A stretch of DNA of 32,000 bases from assembly GCA_038524995.1 (NCBI GenBank), contig JBCBIE010000022.1, positions 243-32,242 on the forward strand, in the 5' to 3' direction. Position 1 is the stretch's first letter. The number at the start of each line of letters is the position of its first letter. A program made the position numbers and the translations under genes. This document shows positions 18,014-24,601 of the stretch, one piece after another. The stretch is from Cyanobacteria bacterium J06621_8. GTDB lineage: Bacteria; Cyanobacteriota; Cyanobacteriia; Cyanobacteriales; Xenococcaceae. Under the pieces are notes generated by a model. That model was not told the origin of the DNA, did no database searches, and was given only the letters and a program-made list of their open reading frames with translations.

Positions 18014-18619
18014 CTAACTGCGGTTAATTGCTTCAATAAAATCGGCTTCAATAGTCAAAGGACTTTCAGCTATCCCCCGATTAACAAAAGTAACCAAATC
18101 CTTTGCAACCAACTTCGGCAAACAAATACTATCCGCAACTTCCTGATAGCCAGCATCCTCCAAGCGATAAAAAGTAAGCTGGTTATTCTGCCAAAACCAA
18201 ACCTCTGGCACGCCTAAAATGCAGTACTTCTCTAAATCTTCTATGCCACCACTGGAAAAAATAACCTCAATTGTCAGATCGGGAATATCTTTATCTGTAT
18301 TAAAAGCATAGGATACATCAGGCTCTTTACCAACTAGAGGGTTCTTCTTCAGCGTAGTAGAGCCACGAGGAAAGTATGTGAGTTTAAACTGACGACAATA
18401 AGCAGCAATCAAAATTGGGAAGATTTGAGCAATTTTTTCATGGTTAACACTGGGAGACATCAGAGTAATAACTCCGTTGAAGAAAGACGCTAGATAGCCT
18501 GGATATTCATCAGAAAGTAATTGTTCGTAATCAGCCCAATCCATACCAGCTAAACGAAGCGTCTGATCTTGCTGATTTAGGCGATCGCTATTTATCGGGA
18601 GGTTGGCATTGATTAACAT
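18014..18619 (-). CDS. Uma2-family (DUF820) putative endonuclease, full length
   Basis: 201-aa ORF with an ATG start. A HIP1 site lies in the unique 5' part (about 18585-18592). The 3' 474 bp are duplicated at 14362-14835. Confidence 0.85.
   Translation of the reverse strand: MLINANLPINSDRLNQQDQTLRLAGMDWADYEQLLSDEYPGYLASFFNGVITLMSPSVNHEKIAQIFPILIAAYCRQFKLTYFPRGSTTLKKNPLVGKEPDVSYAFNTDKDIPDLTIEVIFSSGGIEDLEKYCILGVPEVWFWQNNQLTFYRLEDAGYQEVADSICLPKLVAKDLVTFVNRGIAESPLTIEADFIEAINRS
18021..18494. repeat. Right copy of the 474-bp direct repeat
   Basis: See the left copy. Same orientation, offset 3659 bp. Confidence 0.9.
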
Positions 18620-18771
18620 TACTAATTTGGTAGAAAATAAATAATTAAGTTTATTCTAGAATAATCGTAAATAGACAGTGGATAGTTAACGATTATTCGC
18701 TAGATTATTGATTACTTATGCTGGCTAATATAGTAGCTGTACGATCACTATTAAACTATTATTTATTGAAT

Positions 18772-19269
18772 CTAATTAAGCTCTAGCTTGGCTCGCCATT
18801 CCTGTACTTTTTTATCCGCTTCAGCTTTGGACATACTCCATCTATTTAGTTGATAGGGAATATTAACTTGACCATTATCAAATACTAATCTAACGAAATA
18901 GCTTGGTATATTACTGTCTACACCGTAATCAGCTACTTTTTTGACCTTCAAAAAGCCTTCTGATGAACCTTGATAGGTAAAATTTTTTCGCAAAGATTTT
19001 CTATGTAATTTGATGTGTTTGGCTCGAACATTATAAATAAAGACGCTTTTTGAAAATGATACGTCTAACAGTGCGTAAACTATAATCACAACAGACAAGA
19101 CAACTCCGCCCTTGATGAATGCAGGCAGATCTAAGGTTAAGCACCAGATAATTCCTAGAAGGAAAAGGAAAAGTAGGATTACTGTGAGAAATTTATCCCC
19201 TGTTATTGTAAGTATTTTTCCTTTAAAAGACACTTTGTTGAAAAATGTTGAGAAACCTGTTTTACCCAT
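18772..19269 (-). CDS. Hypothetical membrane protein (two predicted TM helices plus a small C-terminal domain)
   Basis: Hydrophobic stretches are FLTVILLFLFLLGIIWCLTL and GGVVLSVVIIVYALL. No family recognised. AT-rich and HIP1-free. Confidence 0.5.
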   Translation of the reverse strand: MGKTGFSTFFNKVSFKGKILTITGDKFLTVILLFLFLLGIIWCLTLDLPAFIKGGVVLSVVIIVYALLDVSFSKSVFIYNVRAKHIKLHRKSLRKNFTYQGSSEGFLKVKKVADYGVDSNIPSYFVRLVFDNGQVNIPYQLNRWSMSKAEADKKVQEWRAKLELN

Positions 19270-19335
19270 GTTTGAATTTACATGTCAATAGCTATATGGC
19301 TTCTCAAGCATAAACGCTAAATCATTATTTGTTCT

Positions 19336-19527
19336 CTAAATTGCTTCATCAGTATCATCTAGTAGTTCAATGGTGGTGCGCAGGAGTCGGTTTTCATAAC
19401 GGCGATCTCGTCTACGTCCTTTAGCTTTCCCTGCTCGTTTGCTACTTCGACCATCTACAACGATTTCATCTAAATGCTGTGCATCATCTAGGTTGTTCCA
19501 GCCAGTTTGTGGTGTACGCTTACCCAT
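19336..19527 (-). CDS. Small basic hypothetical protein (63 aa)
   Basis: ORF only. It contains a Lys/Arg-rich segment KRAGKAKGRRRDRRYENR. No family recognised. Confidence 0.3.
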   Translation of the reverse strand: MGKRTPQTGWNNLDDAQHLDEIVVDGRSSKRAGKAKGRRRDRRYENRLLRTTIELLDDTDEAI

Positions 19528-19609
19528 TTATTTCATCAATTCTAATTTTATTACTTTTTATTAATTATTGTAAAAAAATCAGCCTTGATTATCCACATAA
19601 ATGCTCAAT

Positions 19610-19777
19610 CTCGCGCGTTCCCTTGCCCCCATTCGTCCCGTCGGGGCGGGATAATAAGGGTAAACGTCTTTCGCCGATATTATGCCCCTGTCCTAAAGGA
19701 TTCCTAAAGGATATATTATGCCCTTATGGTACACCTTCGGATAACCGCTACGCATATGGTACGCGGGGTCGCTCGTC
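19610..19777. mobile_element. 168-bp MITE-like composite short dispersed repeat flanked by a 10-bp direct duplication
   Basis: AATGCTCAAT occurs at 19600-19609 and again at 19778-19787, immediately abutting the element. The element termini match module A at 9346-9388. The interior carries module B, itself interrupted by a ~31-bp segment flanked by GGATA. The interior also has duplicated CCTAAAGGA and ATTATGCCC motifs. Confidence 0.5.
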
Positions 19778-19866
19778 AATGCTCAATGTTTAAATTCCAT
19801 AGCTGAGACTTAAAACACTACATTTATCCTAAGTCTCAGCCTTTTCTTTGTTGGAAAAATCTGCGT

Positions 19867-21012
19867 CTAGTGATGATGGTGGCTATGACTATGTTCCGCC
19901 TGAACTTTAGCTAGTTGAGGATTAACAGTATTGCCAGATTCCCCTAGCAAAGCTTCAATTTGGGGACGAGCCCATTCGGCTACCATGTGGAGAAATTCTG
20001 GGTTACTGTTGACGCAGGGCATACGGACAAAGGTAACATCCTGATGCTTATGCTGGAGATGATGAATAATATGATCTACATCCAGCAGAGTTTCATGGTT
20101 TTCTGTAGCAAAGCCAATGGGCATCATGACAATGGAAGTCGCGCCCAACTCCATTAAATTCTTCGCGGCTAGCTTAACGTTTGGCTGTGTCCATTCAATC
20201 AGCGGCGTATCATGGTTGAGCCAGCCGACGGAAATGAGGGGATATTTATCAATTAGCTGTTCTCTCACTAACTCATATAAAGCCTGGCTTTCGTCAATTC
20301 CTGAAGTAAAGCCTTTAGCCTTATGAGGACAACCATGATTCATCAGGATAATGCCAATTTGGGAAGCTAAATGACCCTGGGCTAGTTCGGCTTCAATTTT
20401 CTGTTCCACCATCTGCGCTAGGAGCTTGATGTATTCTGGCTGATTAAAGAATGAGGGAATATAGCGGGAACTTTTTAACCAGTGGCTCTCTCCTTCTGCT
20501 TGTTTGGCTAAAGCTTTGTTCACCTGTTCTACGGCAATACCGCTGGTAAAAATTGAGTCAACCACCAGCAGAGGATAAATTAAAATTTTCTCAAAACCTT
20601 GCTCTTTAATTTCTGCTAATACCTGTTCAGGTAGAAAGGGAGCGCAAAAGTTAAAGGATTTAAATACTTTGACCTGATTTCCCCAGGTTTCCTGTAATTC
20701 TCGCTCGATTCCTACTCTCTGTTCTTCAAAAATAGCGTTGTGGGGGGAAATAAAATTATCGTGCTGATGACTCCATTCATGGAGATCGAAAATGGCTAAT
20801 ACTTTGGCGATCGCTGGATAGATCCAGGTCGGTACGGGGGCAAACTTAGCCGTCAATAGGTTTAATGCCTGCTCATTATAGTTGGCAAAGTCTTCGTAAC
20901 TTTCTACCTCACCGTAGCCCATTAATAGCACCGCTACGCGATTATTTTTATTTTGCTCTGAATGATGATGTTCGTGGACTGTCGAGGTAGATTGATGAGA
21001 AATTATAACCAC
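19867..21012 (-). CDS. Ferrochelatase-family (class II chelatase) protein with His-rich N- and C-termini
   Basis: Blocks are collinear with ferrochelatase: VAVLLMGYGEVESYED, ILMNHGCPHK (metal-site His), SVGWLNHDTPLIEWTQP, MMPIGFATENHETLLDVD (conserved Glu), NSNPEFLHMV. The termini are HEHHHSE and HSHSHHHH. No C-terminal CAB/LHC-like segment is seen. Confidence 0.8.
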   Translation of the reverse strand: MVIISHQSTSTVHEHHHSEQNKNNRVAVLLMGYGEVESYEDFANYNEQALNLLTAKFAPVPTWIYPAIAKVLAIFDLHEWSHQHDNFISPHNAIFEEQRVGIERELQETWGNQVKVFKSFNFCAPFLPEQVLAEIKEQGFEKILIYPLLVVDSIFTSGIAVEQVNKALAKQAEGESHWLKSSRYIPSFFNQPEYIKLLAQMVEQKIEAELAQGHLASQIGIILMNHGCPHKAKGFTSGIDESQALYELVREQLIDKYPLISVGWLNHDTPLIEWTQPNVKLAAKNLMELGATSIVMMPIGFATENHETLLDVDHIIHHLQHKHQDVTFVRMPCVNSNPEFLHMVAEWARPQIEALLGESGNTVNPQLAKVQAEHSHSHHHH

Positions 21013-21306
21013 TTGCTACTTCCTTATGATTTGTTGAACTAATTTGTAAGCCAGATTTAGAAGATATTTTTGCCTTATTTTGCCGAGATTAACCCAAATC
21101 CTAGACCAATTAAGGATTAAGCTAGCACTCAATTTTTAGCCAGTAGCCGACGATTTTCTAAAAGTTAATAAATAGCAGCATAAGTTAAAACTGGATTAGA
21201 AAATTAGACGTTACTAATTTGTCTAGCTGGAAATTATAATATTATGGGTCTTAGTCAGCAGCCACTAAGCAATTAGTTGTTAGTTCTTAGTTTCTAAAGT
21301 AAAAAC

Positions 21307-21645
21307 TTGTCATTTTGTAACAAAAAGCAAAATTTAACTTCTTGTCCCAAGAAGTCCCGATCCAGTATAGAAAAGCACTCAATTGTTGTGTGTCGCGGTC
21401 GTAGCTGTCGTAAATATGGGGCAGAGCGAGTCTGGCATAATTTTCAGCAAAATTTGCCCGCCAATAGGCAACTAATGTCGGTACCTTGTTTAGGACAGTG
21501 TGGTAATGGGTCAATGGTAGTAGTTGAACCCGAGCCTATTTGGTACTGGCAAGTCCATCCTGACGAAGTACAGGTGATTATTGAGCAACACATCATTGGA
21601 AAATCTCCTGTCAAGGCAATGCTATATCCTAAATTTCATAAATAA
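21307..21645 (+). CDS. Thioredoxin-like [2Fe-2S] ferredoxin domain protein
   Basis: The Cys pattern VVCRGRSCRKYGA ... VPCLGQCGNGSMVVV (C-x4-C ... C-x3-C) is typical of the thioredoxin-like 2Fe-2S fold. The start is uncertain (TTG at 21307, no early in-frame ATG). Confidence 0.65.
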   Translation: MSFCNKKQNLTSCPKKSRSSIEKHSIVVCRGRSCRKYGAERVWHNFQQNLPANRQLMSVPCLGQCGNGSMVVVEPEPIWYWQVHPDEVQVIIEQHIIGKSPVKAMLYPKFHK

Positions 21646-21795
21646 TTTAGATTTCTTTCCGAGTCTTGAAAATATAGGTCATTTCAGGAATAAGTACTAA
21701 GGTACTTAGAGACTTAAGGTACTATGCTACGGGACGTTCTGAGCAACAATTTCTAAAATAAAGACTGCTGAAATTGTAGAACCCCAGCAAATAAA

Positions 21796-22716
21796 TTGAG
21801 CAAGATCACTAAGCGCAATCAGGCTATCCTCAAAGCGAGAAACATCTTAGCAAATTTAGAGCGATATATTGTTGTTAGCAGTGCAACATCAGAATTAAAT
21901 ACTCGTGGGGAAGTAATTGAGCTGTGCGCGATGTCTTTGCAAGGGGAAATCTTATTCGATTTTTTCTTTAATCCTCAAGGAGAGATTTACCCTGAGGCGA
22001 TCGCCAAACATGGATTGACTCAAGAGATTTTAAAGCAAAACGGGGCGATAACTTGGGATACTTGTGAGGCAGAAATCTATCAGACCTTTGCGGATAGAAT
22101 CATGCTGGCATACAATGCTCGCCGAGAGCAAAAAGTAATTGAGCACACTGCTGCCCTGTATGACTATGACAGTCCGATAGAAGACGCATTCTGCGTCATG
22201 GCTCTATATCAGCAATTTTCGGGAAGACAAAACACTCAGCTAGGGGACAGGAAGCAGAAACCACCAGCCAGGTGTGCCAAGATCCTGGAGATGTTACGGG
22301 AAATAGCGACGGCTGAATTCATAAAAGATCCTGAAGAGCTTGAAATTACCAATAATGAGCAATTAGTTGCCAAATGTCGAGAATTAGAGAAAATCAAGGA
22401 GCAGCGGTTAGCTCTAGCGGAAAAAGAAGAGCTTATCAGAGCTAAGTGCGGTCTTTATCTCAAAAAAATGAAGCTCGACAATATACTTTTAGAGAATGGT
22501 CAAAAAGTAGAGCTGTGGCACACTATTACTAGAGTAAAATCTAGAATTCCTGTAGAGGATCTTGCGGCTCGGTTTAAGACAATTCGTCTCAATCAAAATG
22601 CCGTCCAAAAGCTGTGGCAGGATGGAAAGCTGGACGATGGACTATTCCGCTATGAAGAAACTTGGAGCATTAAAATTAAGTCAACCTCATCTGATTCTCA
22701 GCAAACCCCTGAATAA
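21796..22716 (+). CDS. DnaQ/DEDD-exonuclease-like fold protein with C-terminal coiled-coil-like extension. Catalytic motifs are not recognisable.
   Basis: The layout resembles epsilon-like exonucleases (IVVSSATSELNTRGEVIELCAM ... AIAKHGLTQEIL ... MLAYNARREQKVI). The expected DxE and H/YxxxD-type acidic residues appear substituted. TTG start, so the start is uncertain. Confidence 0.4.
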   Translation: MSKITKRNQAILKARNILANLERYIVVSSATSELNTRGEVIELCAMSLQGEILFDFFFNPQGEIYPEAIAKHGLTQEILKQNGAITWDTCEAEIYQTFADRIMLAYNARREQKVIEHTAALYDYDSPIEDAFCVMALYQQFSGRQNTQLGDRKQKPPARCAKILEMLREIATAEFIKDPEELEITNNEQLVAKCRELEKIKEQRLALAEKEELIRAKCGLYLKKMKLDNILLENGQKVELWHTITRVKSRIPVEDLAARFKTIRLNQNAVQKLWQDGKLDDGLFRYEETWSIKIKSTSSDSQQTPE

Positions 22717-22750
22717 TAAGGAGGGTAAATTGTAAATTTGGCGTTCGGGC

Positions 22751-23368
22751 ATGAAACAAAAATTGGGGATTTGGCTGTTGAGTTTAGTCGTAGTCATTGG
22801 TGCAACTAATTTTACGCAGAATACATGGGGGCATCAATCTACCTTGGCGCAATCGACACCAGCAGAATCTGGTCTTGAACTAATGGACGTTGAGAAACTA
22901 GACGCGATTTTGCGTGAGCAGGTGAATGGCGACATTAGAGCTCAACCTGGACAGTGGCGATTCTCCATCAACGAGATCTCCATTATCGTTCTTGCAGACC
23001 CCAGCGCTAACCGTATGCGAATTTTTTCCCCAGTGGTTCGCGCCGATGAATTAGACCCAGGACAAATAGAAAGAATGATGTTGGCTAACTTCCATACTGC
23101 ACTAGATGCCCGTTATGCGATCGCCAATAGCGGCTTAGTAGTCAGCACCTTTATTCATCCTCTATCTTCCCTTCAGGAATCAGATTTACTATCTGCATTA
23201 AACCAGGTATCAAGTCTGACGCAGACTTTTGGCAGTAGCTACAGCAGTGGAGAAATGCTGTTTATTCCTGGTGGCGGAGACAGAAATAGCCCCCCGCCTG
23301 CTCCAGGGGATTCTTTCTCAAATGATATCAATACGCGAAAATTAGTCTTGAATGAACGATCAGAGTAA
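22751..23368 (+). CDS. Secreted hypothetical protein, possibly with a YbjN/CesT-like chaperone fold
   Basis: N-terminal signal peptide MKQKLGIWLLSLVVVIGATNF. The fold assignment is a weak impression from WRFSINEISIIVLADPSANRMRIFSPV...MMLANFHTALDARYAI. Confidence 0.45.
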   Translation: MKQKLGIWLLSLVVVIGATNFTQNTWGHQSTLAQSTPAESGLELMDVEKLDAILREQVNGDIRAQPGQWRFSINEISIIVLADPSANRMRIFSPVVRADELDPGQIERMMLANFHTALDARYAIANSGLVVSTFIHPLSSLQESDLLSALNQVSSLTQTFGSSYSSGEMLFIPGGGDRNSPPPAPGDSFSNDINTRKLVLNERSE

Positions 23369-23557
23369 TTTCAGCAAGGGTCACTAGTATACTTATGCTA
23401 TTTTTTTCTGCCCGTATACGCTTTTTATAAACTTTAATTATCTGAAATTCTCTAAATAGCTTTTCAAAAGATGGCGATGATATTTTTTTTCAATTTAGGG
23501 CTAGAGGAGGGGAATACTTAATCCATCAGGACATTATCATTTCTGGAAAAACCTGCC

Positions 23558-24352
23558 ATGGAAATTATTGCTCAAACCTCCCGCCGTTTGGAGTTGGGAT
23601 ATCGTCAGGACAATTCGCTGCTGGGTGTCGTGGCGCTAACTCTGGTTGGCTTAGGATTCTTAGGATTTGGCGTTTGGGGAATATTTTCAGGACGGCAAAA
23701 GATACTAAAATGTGCTCGTATAGAACCAGAATTAGTCGAGTGCCAAATTAAATCTTCAGGAATCATCGGTTCACAAACCACCAAGCTTTCTGGAGTGGAA
23801 AAAGCCGAAATCATCACTCGCAAAAAGACCAATGTAAATAATCGTCTGAGAAAAGATACTTATGGCGTAGTTATTCTGGGGTCAGGACAGAAAATAAGCA
23901 TTTCTGTAGTCAGCACTTCTAATAGGAACGCTAAACAAGCTGACGTGAGGCGAATCAACTCATTCATTAATAACCCCCGACAGTTTACCCTAACCATGGA
24001 AGAGGATGGTCGTTGGCTTGGCTTTATTATTGGCAGTATTCTTATTGCCGTAGGTAGCGTTGTTATATATGCTATGTGGCAAATGACCCTTATAATCGGT
24101 GCTGTGTTCGATAAAACACTGGGGATACTGAGAATTCAAAAGCGATCGCTCTACGGTAAGACAGAAAAACGGTCTTGGAATCTGCAAGAAGTTGAGGAAA
24201 TATTTCTTGAACGATCCAAAGGCAAAAACAGCAATATGTATAGCGTTAATTTAAAATTGCATTCCCAACTAAAATGCCTAACTCTTTTGCGGACTGAAAA
24301 TAGTTTGGCAGCAGAGACTATAGCTAATAACGTTCGCAAATTTTTAAACTGA
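23558..24352 (+). CDS. Hypothetical membrane protein
   Basis: Hydrophobic segments are LLGVVALTLVGLGFLGFGVWGIF and WLGFIIGSILIAVGSVVIYAMWQMTLIIGAVF. No family recognised. Confidence 0.5.
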   Translation: MEIIAQTSRRLELGYRQDNSLLGVVALTLVGLGFLGFGVWGIFSGRQKILKCARIEPELVECQIKSSGIIGSQTTKLSGVEKAEIITRKKTNVNNRLRKDTYGVVILGSGQKISISVVSTSNRNAKQADVRRINSFINNPRQFTLTMEEDGRWLGFIIGSILIAVGSVVIYAMWQMTLIIGAVFDKTLGILRIQKRSLYGKTEKRSWNLQEVEEIFLERSKGKNSNMYSVNLKLHSQLKCLTLLRTENSLAAETIANNVRKFLN

Positions 24353-24601
24353 CATTCTGTACCTCCAAAATAATGCTCTGATAATGTCGATACATCTTAA
24401 GCCAAGCAAAAATTATAAAATAGTAGATAGATGTAGGTAATCTGAGAGTTGATTTGTTAACTTGCTGTAACCCCTGTAAGATAAAGCTTTAATTGCATCT
24501 GATTTGAAAGTATTTGAACAAGATAAAATAAGAAAATATACGAACTTTAAATATAATTTGAACATATAAAAAAGTATATAAAAGGAGAATTAGGAGAATA
24601 G

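Noticed and set aside
19479-19793. 104-aa ORF spanning the GC-rich repeat.
   Set aside because: It reads straight through the MITE-like element and overlaps the start of the 63-aa gene on the other strand. It has no family signature.
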